Shown piece by piece: positions 47,914-60,832 of a DNA stretch of 64,000 nucleotides. Within the stretch, counting starts at the first letter, position 1, and every line of letters starts with the position of its first letter. The notes under the pieces were generated by a model. The model saw only the letters and a list, made by a program, of their open reading frames with translations, was not told the DNA's origin and did no database searches. Location: NCBI GenBank assembly GCA_002269645.1, contig NIVC01000434.1:248001-312000 (forward strand), written 5' to 3'. The translations under genes and the position numbers were made by a program. Source of the DNA: Macrostomum lignano. Its lineage: Eukaryota.

Positions 47914-48276
47914 GGGGGGGGCGTAGCCCAGCGGTAGCGCAGCTGCTCTGGTGTGCCAGCGACCCAGGCTCGATTCCAAGTGCAGACACATTAATTTGGG
48001 GCTGAATTGGAATCTCGGCTTGGCTCTGCTCGTGCAATTAACGGCCTTGAGAGCCAACCCCCCAAGGCGCAGTGAAGTGTACATGCCTAACGATAAAATA
48101 AAGTTAGGGCCGCTGTACACTCCTGTGTGAGTGTGTGCCTGCGTACGTATCCGCGCGCTTGTATGCCTGCTCAGGGGAGTCGGCGGAATGGGCAGTAATG
48201 CCTCTCGCCGGTTGTGTGCCTATGTCGCTTAAAGTGCGCCAGGGTGCACACAACCCCCCTGCCTCTAAAAAAAATA
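47914..48276 (+). mobile_element. SINE family B with a 13-bp TSD
   Basis: TSD atcctactgccag at 47901-47913 and 48277-48289. A-rich tail. Confidence 0.85.
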
Positions 48277-48286
48277 ATCCTACTGC

Positions 48287-48678
48287 CAGTGGCGTAGCCA
48301 GGAATTTCAATTGATGGGGCGGCGGGTTGGCCTGGCTGGCCATGCCTTATTCCATTGCCACTTTTGGCGCCGCAGGCACTCATTTTGGCGTCGCAGACAC
48401 TCATTTTGGCGTCGCAGGCACTCATTTTGGCGTCGCAGGCACTCATTTTGGCGCCGCAGGCACTCATTCTGGCGCCGCAGGCACTCATTCTGGCGCCGCA
48501 GGCACTCATTTTGGCGTCGCAGGCACTCATTTTGGCGTCGCAGGCACTCATTCTGGCGCCGCAGGCACTCATTTTGGCGCCGCAGGCACTCAATTGCCTC
48601 GTGGTTTTTGGTACCCGCCACGCCCAACCCTCCCCCAGGCGATTGGGGGGGCCGCCCCCCCCCCTGGCTACGCCACTG
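48287..48678. mobile_element. hAT-like MITE containing a 21-bp tandem array
   Basis: TIRs cagtggcgtagccagg / cctggctacgccactg are perfect over 16 bp. The 8-bp flanks cctactgc / gctactgc match at 7 of 8. The internal unit ggcgccgcaggcactcatttt is repeated about 11 times. Confidence 0.85.
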
Positions 48679-48694
48679 GCTACTGCTATCATTA

Positions 48695-49240
48695 CAGGGG
48701 TCGACAAACTCCAGTCACCGAGCCACATATGGCCCGCCAAGCCTCTTTTCTTTATCCCTCTCGGGTCCTTTGAAACTTCACAATAGCAATCCGGCCCGCT
48801 CAGAGTTTGTGTTTCTTCTCAGCTGTCTCATCTCTTCTCCCCTCTTCCTTCTCCCCTCTCCCTTCTCCCCTCTCCCTTCTCCCCTCTCCCTTCTCCCCTC
48901 TCCTTTCTCCTCTCTCTCTTCTCCCCTTTACTTTCTCCCCTCTCCTTTCTCCAATCTCCTTTCTCCCCTCTCCCTTCTCCTCTCTCTCTTCTCCCCTTTA
49001 CCTTCTCCCCTCTCCTTTCTCCAATCTCCATTCTCCCATCTCCCTTCTCTGCTCTCCCTTCTCCCTTCTCCCCTCTCCTTTCTCCCCTCTCCCTTCTCCG
49101 CTCTCCCTTCTTCCCTCTCCCATCTCCTCTCTACCTTTTCCCCTCTCCCTTCTCCCCTCTCCCTTCTCCCCTCCTCTAGCACGCAGTCATGCGCTAAATT
49201 CTCCATCTGGCCCTTTAGATAAAAAGTTTGCTAGCCCCCA
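48695..49240 (+). mobile_element. hAT-like (CAGGGGTC) element with a CT-rich minisatellite, related to 35230-36135
   Basis: The 5' ~110 bp are shared with the 36135 copy. The 3' end ggccctttagataaaaagtttgctagcccc is degenerate. Confidence 0.6.
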
Positions 49241-50806
49241 CTCTATTGGATTAGTACAAAGTGGTGCAGGATCAGCGACGAGACGAGATGGTGAAGACCG
49301 GATACTGTCCCGAGGGCTATAATGTCAAAGTTTGACTTGAGAAGGCAACCCTCATCATGAATATTTATTACTAAATTAAAACCGCTTTAAAACGCAGATT
49401 TGTCAAATACTACTCAAGGCATAAAGTTAGTAGGGTAACAGCAGGCTGCGCCTGTTTCTGAAACATTATTTTTAACGGAGTGAAGGAAATAAAAGCAGGC
49501 AGATGAACTCAAGACGAGACAAGAGAGAAACTAAGAAAAACAGGTTAGCACGTACGGAGTGCAGTCCACAGGCATCAATCTGCTGTGAAGTCAGCTGCTA
49601 CTGAGATGAAGCGCCCCATTACCCCTCCCCCCCTGGTCCTTCTCACTGCATTGTCTTACCATTTTCATTATGCGAGATACTGCACTGCATCGCACTGTGC
49701 AGTGTTGCAACCAGAAATTTGGCAAGAGGAGGGAGGGGTGGGGCCTGTGTCGGTCGGCGAGAGTTTGCTTGGGCCTTCGCCAATTACAGTTTTTTGGGCG
49801 GCTGCCCCCCCCCCCTCCCCGCCCTCTGGCTTCGCCTCTGTACTGTAGCGACCTCCACCCACCCACCCACCGACTCCACATTCGCGGCCCTTCAGGAAGA
49901 AAACTAAAGCGTAATTTTTACTGCCCCGTTAATTTCTGCCTATGAAAGTTCCTTTTTAAATATTGTACATTAGCAGTGTTAAAATTAACAACAAAAATGT
50001 GCAGTGGCAGCTTTAGAGGGTATGGGGGGTGAGCAGTGCATTCTGGCACTCACAAAACACTAGCAGAACTTGCTGCAACCCCTGACCCCCCTCTACCGCC
50101 CGGCCCCACCCCAACCCCAAGCACCAACACCCCTGCCCGTGTCGGCATTGCCTGCCAGACACTGAGACAACCTGTGAAGTGAATAAGATCGAAAACCATT
50201 TCAATTAAAACAAATAAAAAGTACAAATCATACATTTTGAAAAGTAATCCATTTTTCATTTTTTCACAGATGAATACCGGTTCTTGTCTAATGAAATAAA
50301 AATTATCCAGTATCCTCATAAGTCATTACATAAAAACAGCTGGGGTAGAACTGGATTTTTGCCCCGGCTTTGCCATGGCAATTCCACGGGTTCACCGAGG
50401 GCTGTCCTGCTATTGAATGCAGGCGGAGACGGCAATTCCATGCGAAAGAAAATTTAACATTAATTTTGTGAATTCTAACAATCTTCCAGCCAAAAAATCC
50501 ATCTGCATCACGGTTCAAAATTAACTATATTCGAATTTTTAATTTGTCAAAGAAGCTAATTTGCGTTATTGAAAGCTACGAGGAGCAAATTTTTCGCTCG
50601 TAAAACATGCGATCGGCAGACAACATGAGCACCCTGTACTTTGCAACAAGCCGGTGTCATCCAAGACTGCAGCAGCAGCTGCAACAGAGGCAACAGTGCT
50701 CAACATATTTCTGCGTGAACACTACGAATTCGAAAACTGTGGAAAATGCACAATGAACAGGTAATAAAAGCAGGAGCAGCGGCCGGCGGGTAAAACGGAA
50801 AGAGTG

Positions 50807-51416
50807 GAGGGTGAAACAGACAAAGTGGGTTGAAACACACGGAGTGGGAGGGTGAAACAGACAAAGTGGGTTGAAACACACGGAGTGGGAGGGTGAAACA
50901 GACAAAGTGTGTTGAAACACACGGAGTTAGAGGGTGAAACAGACAAAGTGTGTTGAAACACACGGAGTTAGAGGGTGAAACAGACAAAGTGGGGTGAAAC
51001 AGACGGAGTTAGAGGGTGAAACAGACGGAGTGGAGGGTGAAACACACGGAGTGGAGGGTGAAACAGACGGAGTGGAGGGTGAAACACACGGAGTGGAGGG
51101 TGAAACAGACAAAGTGGGTTGAAACACACGGAGTGGGAGGGTGAAACAGACAAAGTGGGGTGAAACACACGGAGTTAGAGGGTGAAACAGACAAAGTGGG
51201 GTGAAACAGACGGAGTTAGAGGGTGAAACAGACGGAGTGGAGGGTGAAACACACGGAGTGGAGGGTGAAACAGACGGAGTGGAGGGTGAAACACACGGAG
51301 TGGAGGGTGAAACAGACGGAGTGGAGGGTGAAACACACGGAGTGGAGGGTGAAACACACGGAGTGGAGGGTGAAACAGACGGAGTGGAGGGTGAAACACA
51401 CGGAGTGGAGGGTGAG
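50807..51416. repeat. 21-bp/compound minisatellite (GAGGGTGAAACAGACGGAGTG)n
   Basis: About 28 units, with variant compound units in the left half. Confidence 0.92.
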
Positions 51417-51964
51417 CAAACAAAGTGAAGTGTGAAACTGAGTGGAGGGTAAAAATGACAAGATTGTGTTGAAATAGGCAGTAAAATGCACAGAATATGT
51501 ATATTCTGTGGTAAAATGTGAGCTATTACAATATGTTTCGATTCGTTGCCTTGTCAATCAGAATAGCAAAGTTAATGTAAAATTTTCAATGCAGAGCCTC
51601 AATTAGTTAGAATAGTTCTCACTTGCAACAACATGAGCTTGTTCGCCTGCCGGGTGTAGTTTCCCTTTTAAGGCTGCTTTATTATTTTTAAATTGAGATT
51701 ATACACTTTAAAGTGTTTTAGTTCCATATTTACCGGTATTCGCGCGGCCATCTAAGCGCCAACTTAGGGAGAGAGAGGGCTATGCGGGCAAGCCCAGCAG
51801 CCAATAGGAGACCAGCAAGGTCAGAAAGGCGAGGGAATATCTTTATAATCCATAAAAACAGTTTGATTCGAAGAGGCTTTCGCTCATAGACCTGTCAAGC
51901 TCTTAGATAGCTAAACTATCCAAATATTCTCAATTCTTTAGAGTAATTTGAAGTTTTCTAGGAA

Positions 51965-54900
51965 ATGAAAAACAAAATTCTAGTGATAATCATATTTGCG
52001 GCCATTGCAATCCTCTTGAGCAGGTAAAATACTGATTTTTCTTAATCTATCCGTGTATATACCATATCAGTTCTTGTATCTGACAGCAAATTTAATAATG
52101 CTGTTGTTGGAACTATTTTTTATAGAATATAAGACTCTTCTACAGAGGGAATTCGAATATGGGAGTAGCTTTTAATGATACTCGAAATCTATCAATAAGA
52201 GCTACTTCCCTACTCGAAATCCATCAATAAAAGCTACTCCCATATTCGAAATCCATCAATAAAAGCTACTCCAATATTCGAAATCCATCAATAAGATTTA
52301 CTTCCATATTCGAAATTCATCAAAAAAAGCTACTCCCATATTCGAAATCCATCAATAAAAGCTACTTCCATATTCGAAATTATTCAAAAAAGCTACTCCC
52401 ATATTCGAAATCCATCAGTAAAAGCTACTCCCATATTCGAAATCCATCAGTAAAAGCTACTCCCATATTCGAAATCCATCAGTAAAAGCTACTCCAATAT
52501 TCGAAATCCATCAATAAGATTTACTTCCATATTCGAAATTCATCAATAAAAGCTACTCCAATATTCGAAATCCATCAGTAGAAGCTAGTCCAATATTCGA
52601 AATCCACCAGTAGAAGCTACTCCCATATTCGAAATCCATCAATAAGATTTACTTCCATATTCGAAATCCATCTATAAGATTTACTTCCATATTTTAAATT
52701 CATCAATTAAAGCTACTCCTATATTCGAAATCCATTTAATCCATATGGGAGTAGCTTTTATTGATTGATTTAGAATATTGGAGTAGCTTCTACTGATGGA
52801 TTTCGAATATTGGACTAGCTTTTTGATGGATTTCGAATATGGGAGTAGCTTTTTTGAATAATTTCGAATATGGGAAGCTTATAATGATGGATTTCGAATA
52901 TGAGAGTAGCTTCTACTGATGGATTTCGAATATGGGAGTAGCTTTTTTTGATGAATTTCGAATATGGAAGTAAACCTTATTGATGAATTTCGAATATGGG
53001 AGTAGCTTTTTGATGGATTTCGAATATGGGAGTAGCTTTTATTGATGAATTTCGAATATTGGAGTAGCTTTTACTGATGGATTTCGAATATGGGAGTAGC
53101 TTTTACTGATGGATTTCGAATATGAGAGTAGCTTCTACTGATGGATTTCGAATATGGGAGTAGCTTTTTTGAATAATTTCGAATATGGAAGTAAACCTTA
53201 TTGATGAATTTCGAATATGGGAGTAGCTTTTACTGATGGATTTCGAATATGGGAGTAGCTTTTTTGAATAATTTCGAATATGGAAGTAGCTTTTATTGAT
53301 GGATTTCGAATATGGGAGTAGCTTTTTTTGATGAATTTCGAATATGGAAGTAAATCTTATTGATGGATTTCGAATATGGGAGTAGCTTTCTGATGGATTT
53401 CGAATATGGAAGTAGCTTTTTTGGTGTATTTCGAATATGGAAGTAAATCTAATTGATGAATTTCGAATATAAGAGTAGCTTTTATTGATGAATTTCGAAT
53501 ATAAGAGTAGCTTTTATTGATGGATTTCGAATATGGGAGTAGCTTCTACTGATGGATTTCGAATATGGGAGTAGCTTCTACTGATGGATTTCGAATATGG
53601 GAGTAAATCTTATTGGCGGATTTCGAATATGGAAGTAAATCTTATTGGAGGATTTCGAATATGGAAGTAAATCTTATTGATTGATTTCGGAGATTTTAAT
53701 TCCTGGTAGAATTTATGGGAAAACAGTCGTTTATTTCCAACCAGCTCATATTTATGCATTTACAAAGCAAAAAATGCCGAATGCCAGCCCAAACACTCTT
53801 TGCCAGTTCAAGCGAGGACACGGCCGGAATCGAGTTTGAGCTTTCTGAAGACACTGTGAAAGATCTCCGCAACACTGACAGGAATGGCGACAACGCCAAT
53901 CAAAGTCGAACCTCTCGCTGGATTGTCCGGCTGAAGAAGTCACTCCATGAATTTGACTTGAGCATTCTGTTGGAGAAGCAGAGGAAAGATGCAAATGTAC
54001 GCCCAGGAGACACAATGCACAATCTCACGGTGACTTTGATGAGTAAGAGCGAATGAAAAAAATATGCTGGCTGCTAATTAAATACTTTTAAAATAGAAAG
54101 TTGCAAGCTCGCACAGCAGCTGCTTCTACAGTGCTGTAGAAGCGCTGTAGTGCTGTAGACTGTAAAGGTAGCAACTTCCATCGGCCCTGCATTACTGCCA
54201 CAGCTCTGAGCCAGGGGGGGGGGGCAAGCCCGCTGTATAGGGGGCGCCAAGTCTGCTGGAACCGGGGCGCCAAGCCTGCTGGAAAGGGGGGGGGCGCCAA
54301 GCCTGCTGGAAAGGGGGGGCGCCAAGCCTGCTGGAAAGGGGGGGGGCGCCAAGCCTGCTGGAAGGGGGGGGCGCCAAGCCTGCTGAAAAGGGGGGCGCCA
54401 AGCCTGCTGAAAAGGGGGGCGCCAAGCCTGCTGGAACCGGGGCGCCAAGCCTGCTGGAAAGGGGGGCGCCAAGCCTGCTGGAAAGGGGGGGGCGCCAAGC
54501 CTGCTGGAAGGGGGGGGCGCCAAGCCTGCTGGAAAGGGGGGCGCCAAGCCTGCTGAAAAGGGGGGCGCCAAGCCTGCTGAAAAGGGGGGCGCCAAGCCTG
54601 CTGAAAAGGGGGGCGCCAAGCCTGCTGGAACCGGGGCGCCAAGCCTGCTGGAAAGGGGGGGGGCGCCAAGCCTGCTGGAAAGGGGGGGCGCCAAGCCTGC
54701 TGGAAAGGGGGGCGCCAAGCCTGCTGGAAAGGGGGGGGGGCGCCAAGCCTGCTGGAAAGGGGGGGGCGCCAAGCCCACTGGAAAGGGGAGGGGCGCCAAG
54801 CCTGCTGGAAAGGGGGGGGGGCGCCAAGCCTGCTGGAAAGGGGGGGCGCCAAGCCTGCTGGAGAAAGAGGGGGCGTCACATGCTTTGTCAGCCGATTCGG

Positions 54901-57900
54901 AGCTGCTAGTAACTGCTACCCTGTCATGGCTGGGTGAACGCAAGAAAATTCAGTTTAGTCTGCTTTTAGTCATATTTAGTTATTATAGCTAATTTGTGTG
55001 AAGCTCAAGACGCCTACTCATATGAGTTTCAATATGCGGCCAACTCTGCTTAACTTACAAAGAAATAGTTGTTTGGAGTGATGGCGATTTTTATAAATCA
55101 ACCACAAATTCACAATTAAATGAGTCCAAAACTCTAATAGACATTACATTGCACATTGTATACATTTCAAATGGGATCTCCCTAATTGCTCCCTAATTGC
55201 AGAAAACGGCACGACTCAATGGCGTATTGTATGGAACGACAGAAACTTGACAACCTTTCGTCTGCATCGGTGAGCAAAGTTTGCATTGGGTTCAGTTTCA
55301 CAATCTACGGGAGCTCTAAAAATGAAAATATACCAATCATGGCCAACTCCTAGAAGAATCAGTCCAGCAGAGTTCCAGCAAAATTATCATTGGCTCCAGC
55401 TGTTTTGTGTATTTTTTTATTTTCTCGGACTAGTTATCTAGTGCAGAACTTCATGCATTGCTAGGCAAAAAAGCAAATATTTGCAAGATCCGTTCCGAAA
55501 ACACAGCTGTACTTTGATTGTGGCGCTCTTATTCACTGATGCTTTTTCTTTTCAAGTATTTTTCTCAATCATACTTGTTTAATTTGTAATTCAGAAGGTG
55601 CAGAGATATTGTATATTGTAGGCACATTAGGATTAGAGGAAAAAATATTCGACGGAAATGAAAGCAATACTTGAGTATTTGAGTATGACATCCAGAGTCC
55701 ACATTAGAACAAGCGTCATCAAGAAAGCTGTCAAACCCCACGACGACATGCTGCTCCATGCTGGCACATAGACGGAACATTCAGGACCGTTCGTAGAATT
55801 CCTAATCAGTTGTACGCTCGTATTCTTATACTGGATGCTGGGTCCTGATGTTGCCATGTATAAACATAATTTTACTTTACACAGAGAACTGTATCTTCTA
55901 CAGCTAGCTATTATTACCGAATTCCAGTTTGCATTACTACCTGTCTTTAAAATTAAAGCTTGCGTTACTTCCAAAATCCCATGGAAATTAAAGTGTTCCC
56001 AGCTAGTTTTTGTTTATCGTAGGTTACATTGGTTTCCCACACAGAAATCTCGTCACAAATTTTTCAGGAACGAGCACATTGTGATCGAGCAACGTATCGA
56101 AAATGCAACAGCTGTTGATATCGAACTGTACATCCGGTTGACCGCCAGAGTGCTGCCCTATCCAGATGCTCCAAGATCGACTGCTTCTCAACGCTACGTG
56201 GTTCGACGTATTGACTTTCTTTGCGCTTCGATGCCATTCAGCAATTGTTCCGTACTGGCCTCTATTGCTGCTCAGTTCAGCAGCTACCAGGAAATGAAGG
56301 AGCTTGGTGAGCCCTTTATATTTTGATGTTAATTTGTCGAGTTGTGGCTTCAAACGTGTGACAAAATCCTAACCCATGAGCATGCAGAATACACTGTGCA
56401 GTACATGTATTCTGTGTAAGAGCATTCGATCATAGAGCATCAAACTCACCAGCTACCAAACGGGTTGCACGAATGCTCTTGGGCTCATTGTATCCGAATT
56501 CGGCAGCATTCTTTAAACTATCAGTTTAAAGTACCTTCTTAAAAACGATTAGCGAGATTGCATAGATTGGAACTCGCAGTTTACAACCAAAATGGAAGCA
56601 TCTTGAAGTTAGTGATTACATTATGAATTTTTACTCCTGTTACTAAAGTTAACTAGAATCTATAATAAAAAAACTATAGGTTGTAGCCAAGTGGTCAGAG
56701 CGTCGGACTCACGACTTGAAGGTTGGGGGTTCGACACCCGATCCCACTGGAAAAAAATGTGTCCTTGACTAAGACACTTAACTCTGCATTGCTTCAGTTC
56801 ACCCTTGGACTAAACAGCCGTGGGCAGCCTTCAGATGCTCTGCGCAATAGCTGCGGCTGAGCTGTCGGTTGCATATCTTGCCCATTGGGGTGGGTGGTAC
56901 AATTATGAATTATTATTATTATTATTATTGCTATTATTATCAATAATATTATTATTATTACTACTATTATTATTCAAGCAATCAACTCCAAATATGTAAA
57001 GAAACGATTTATCTCATGATAATTTCATCCTCGTTTAAACATCTCCAGAACAAAACAGTGAGCTGAAGGCTTCGCTCTCTAAACCTGTGTTGGTGGACGC
57101 TCGGTGCTGCAACGGCAGTGTCATGTACTATTCAAGGCACTGTGACAGCAACAACTGCACCAGCCCTGGACAGTGGCTGCCTGTAGATGGAGCCCAAAAC
57201 TCAAGCGTTTGGTAAGTAATCAATTTCGTAGCCAAATTAGTGGGGAAATCAAGTAATTCTGAAGAATTTTTATAAGATTTGTCGCTTAAGTCGCTTAAGT
57301 CGATTAAGTTAGACTGATAGAATGTCTCGTGCTTGACAGACCCATGCAGCTCAATATGCAAGTAAGTAGAGTGAGTAGGCCACTTTACATCACTTTAAAT
57401 ACTGTCTCTTCAAAAGCTTTCGCTACGAAAATTTCCTAAGGAACAATGCGGCAAGTCCATATTATTTTTTAAATCAAACTGAATTCAGGTCTATCACATT
57501 TGACTGCCGACCACACTCACTCCGCCGACATGTATTTAGAGCTGCCAGTAGATGCAGTAGGTCTCTCAAGAAGGTAATAAATAGTCTTGCATTAAGGAAC
57601 ACGGTAAGCTATGGCTAAGCTAGGCAAAAAGTATATGGATTGTTTCGGGCAAGAGTATAGTGCTGCGGCTAAACGTTTCTGGCTGACAAACTGGGCAGAC
57701 CCGTAGTACATGATGTACAGCGGTACATGGGTATCGTACATACAGATTTTCCTGTATGGGGCTAGGGCTGCTTCTGCTGGGGCTGCTTGAAAAGGCATTG
57801 AAATCTTAGCTACAAGCAAATAATTAGACTTTTCTTTTCTGCAAACTGCACACAGCACTTGCCACCATGATAATACGTTTTCAACAAAAAATGTTTTCAG

Positions 57901-58888
57901 CACAAAATTGACCCTTTAAATTCACGACTGCTTTTTTAAAACATACAATTAAATGTAGAGTTACCAGTAACATGCAAAATTGCACTGTGAATTGCACTAA
58001 GTAGGGCTTTTAAGAGAAGGGCTTTTAGAGAAATTTTAAAGATAAATACTTGATACTTGTCTGCATTTGTGACATAGTTGTCACAAAATCACAGTTGATA
58101 AACTTTTAAAGCACCACTACGGGGCGAAACACACATACTGGCTTCAAATGGTGATTGAATACAAAAAAGGCAAGAAATAGTCTACGCTCGTATTCAGTGC
58201 TATGGTCGGATAGGTCAAGATTCACGAGCATTAAATGAAATTTTTTACTATTGTGGATTGATTAAGTGCCCGCCGCGCAAAAAGGTACATGTAATGGTAG
58301 CTACATAGTTTTTTTCTTTCCATTTTTTTCAAATGACACTAACTGCCCGCAAATTCGATGGTTCAATCTCTCTATATACTCATACTGTCCATTCACTTGA
58401 ATTAAGTGCCCGCCGGGCAAAAAGTCATGGTACAATGTTGGCATGGCTATTTTTGATGGAAATTTCTATATCGATTTTATAGTTTGATTTAAGAAAAACT
58501 AAAAAACGATTCTTCGATGAACAACTTCAGTTCGAGTGCCCAGACGACCGACTTCGTGACGCTACAGATTGGAGCAGACTCTGTGATTAATCTCGGCCTC
58601 AAGAACAAAGAGACTCAACTGGTTTTGCTGGACCTTTCTCGGCAAGATGATATGACTTCTATTCCGACTTCGTGTGAATTATCTAGGAGGAATTCTGATA
58701 ATATCAACAGTATCGTGCTTTGGATCGTCCTGCCGTTGGCATTTACTGTTCTGTTGGTTCTGACTATCGTCCTGTGTTTGCGTTACAAATGTAGACCCCA
58801 AGGCAGCGGTCATCGCAGAAGACAAGAAGAAAGCGACCATCACAACAGCCACAACGAACGAGATTCTTTCCGTACTAGTCCAGTTTGA
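51965..58888 (+). CDS. Orphan single-pass type-I membrane glycoprotein, about 388 aa, 6 exons
   Basis: Exons 51965-52023 (signal peptide MKNKILVIIIFAAIAILLS), 53807-54042, 55203-55269, 56023-56306, 57049-57211 and 58531-58888. GT-AG junctions in phases 2,1,2,1,2 join into a stop-free 1167-nt CDS. It has at least 9 N-x-S/T sequons, a Cys-rich juxtamembrane segment, and the TM helix IVLWIVLPLAFTVLLVLTIVLCL followed by RYKCR. Confidence 0.78.
52150..53695. repeat. Inverted (fold-back) array of a 32-bp unit, centre about 52745, in intron 1 of the membrane-protein gene
   Basis: Left-arm units read tactcccatattcgaaatccatcaataaaagc (about 18). Right-arm units are the reverse complement (about 30). 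Confidence 0.93.
54232..54875. repeat. G-rich ~21-bp minisatellite (Gn-CGCCAAGCCTGCTGGAAA)n, about 29 copies
   Basis: Each unit carries a G4-G9 run of variable length. Confidence 0.93.
56679..56975 (+). mobile_element. SINE family A (internal deletion) with (ATT)n tail
   Basis: tRNA head, CORE-like centre and 3' domain. Confidence 0.85.
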
Positions 58889-59028
58889 CTTTTGCTCAAT
58901 GCGACTGGCTAGCTTTGTATAAATTGACTAGAGGAGCAATGTATAGAAAAAGTGGAGTTTCTTGTTTTTTGTATGCTATATTCAGCTTGAAAGTTGCATC
59001 GGCAACTCTTAAAAATATATCATGTACA

Positions 59029-59090
59029 GAGGTTTTAGCCTAGTGGTTAGAGCGTCGGTCATTCGACTTGAACGTAGGGGATTCGATTCG
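59029..59090 (+). mobile_element. SINE family A head fragment
   Basis: ggttttagcctagtggttagagcgtcgg..ggattcgattc. Confidence 0.55.
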
Positions 59091-59685
59091 CTTTTATTCG
59101 CTTTAAGGCAGTGAAACAAAATTACTCCTTCGTTGTTTTTGTTGTTGATCGTCGTTGTCATGTTTAGACTCTATTCTTAGCCAAATGCATCTGTTCATTT
59201 TCTCCGGCTACAATCTAAAAACAGCCTGAGTTGTTTCCGAAAGGCTTACTGCCGAAAACAATAGACAAAAGAGTACAATAGTGATTGCTGTGACCAACGA
59301 ATCTCTCTATGCGCTTCCTTCGTGTCGTTACGACGCTACAAGACGTGTAGCTAACTGACTGAACACAGAAAATAGTTTAGGAAAATCTAAGCTGGAAATT
59401 TAGCATTAACTAAAGCACTACAGATTTTAACTTATTGAGTATGCTGGACAGGCAAGTGTAACAAATGCCGATAACCGATACAACTTAGCTTAGAATCGTT
59501 TCGAAGTCGGGAGTGATACGTATTAGTAAAGCTTTTTATATTGATCAAGGATGAGTTGGATTTCGCTGAATTATCGACAGCTTTTCTTTGCTTTTCTATT
59601 GAAAATTTTCAAGTAAACTTGTGCAGAGCGGGAAGTGCTCTAAACATGTAGTGTAGTAACTTTGTAAAAGTTACTTTCGACGCTG

Positions 59686-59830
59686 TCATGTCGCTGTGTT
59701 GCGACACTCAAGCTGCTGTGGTGACGGCGGACGATTTGTCTGACTTGTTCGATACTTCATCAGGAGTTTTGCAGGGTGACACGCTAGCGCCGTTCCTCTT
59801 CGTGCTGCTGCTGGACTGGGTGCTTCGGAC
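59686..59830 (+). mobile_element. RTE-type LINE RT fragment
   Basis: AAVVTADDLSDLFDTSSGVLQGDTLAPFLFVLLLDWVLR. Confidence 0.8.
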
Positions 59831-60678
59831 AAAACAAGAGCAAAAACACAGTATTTAGTATTTGTGGGTGGAATTAGTATGATAAAAAAGTGTCTTTTTG
59901 TGTAACAGTAGAATGGAGTAAAAATTAAAGACGCGAAAAATGGGAGGCAAACGCTGGCGCGCTGTTGGGTCGAGCCAGATTTATCTGTGCATTTCCACCC
60001 TCGGCCCGAGCCATGCAGACACCCCTCCTGTGGCCCAAGTCTTTTTTCCACTGGGTAGGTCAACTTATTCATTCATTTACATGTACACTATCTGTCAAAA
60101 CGAAACACTAAATAAACTGCCTAAATAAATCAATTCGACCCAATCAAACAGTTTTCGAATATACATAATCTTTGTCGGAAACTGTAAAAATGAATAGGAG
60201 CAGCTACTTCAAGTAGCTTCAAGTAGATTTTCTTGCTCATGCGCTCTTCCATGTATATCCCTTGAATGCAGAATTACTTGAGTAATTACCCAAAATAAAT
60301 ATATAGAATCTTCCTTTCACATTTATCATCTACGTGACGAGTTAAGCTTGGAAGATTAAACATGTTAATTCCTTCCTGTAACAATTCTATCCTAAATTAT
60401 GAATATAATCCTAACACAATTGGTGCCTTAAAGACGACGTCAAAAGCGTATTGAAGATTTGCATAAGGTAAATGACAATTAAAATTGGACTTATAAAGAC
60501 CAATTACCTTAAGGTATAGCTTAGTTCGAATAGCTCCAAGTGTGTACTTTCGCGAAAAGAGTACACTATAAAGAGAGCACTAGTTATTACTTATACCAGG
60601 GGAGTCCGAAAAGTCTTAAGACTTTTTCACATGACTCTTTTTAACAGTCAGCAAGAGTAACAGCAACTGATGTATCCA

Positions 60679-60832
60679 CCACTTGCCCCGGGCGAACGTC
60701 TATGGTCTCAGTGTAAATTTCATTTATTTGCATCGAAAGAGCAGTTGCACAGTGAAATAAACCGTTTATTTGCACCAATGCAAATAAATGAAATTTACAC
60801 TGAGACCATAGACGTTCGCCCCGGGCAAGTGG
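60679..60832. mobile_element. 154-bp palindromic MITE-like element
   Basis: Perfect 55-bp inverted arms at 60679-60733 and 60778-60832. Confidence 0.75.

Noticed and set aside
50052-50170. Minus-strand exon with good acceptor and donor
   Set aside because: I could not link it in phase to neighbouring exons or recognise the peptide. It overlaps a G-rich MITE-like segment, so it is left unannotated.
57339-57360. 22-nt micro-exon using the acceptor at 57338
   Set aside because: It would create TGA at the junction with exon 5. Only the 12-nt variant is frame-compatible.
58490-58592. Alternative frame KRFFDEQLQFECPDDRLRDATDWSRLCD* implying a frameshifted pseudogene
   Set aside because: The acceptor at 58530 joins exon 5 in phase 2 directly into the TM-containing frame, so no frameshift is needed.
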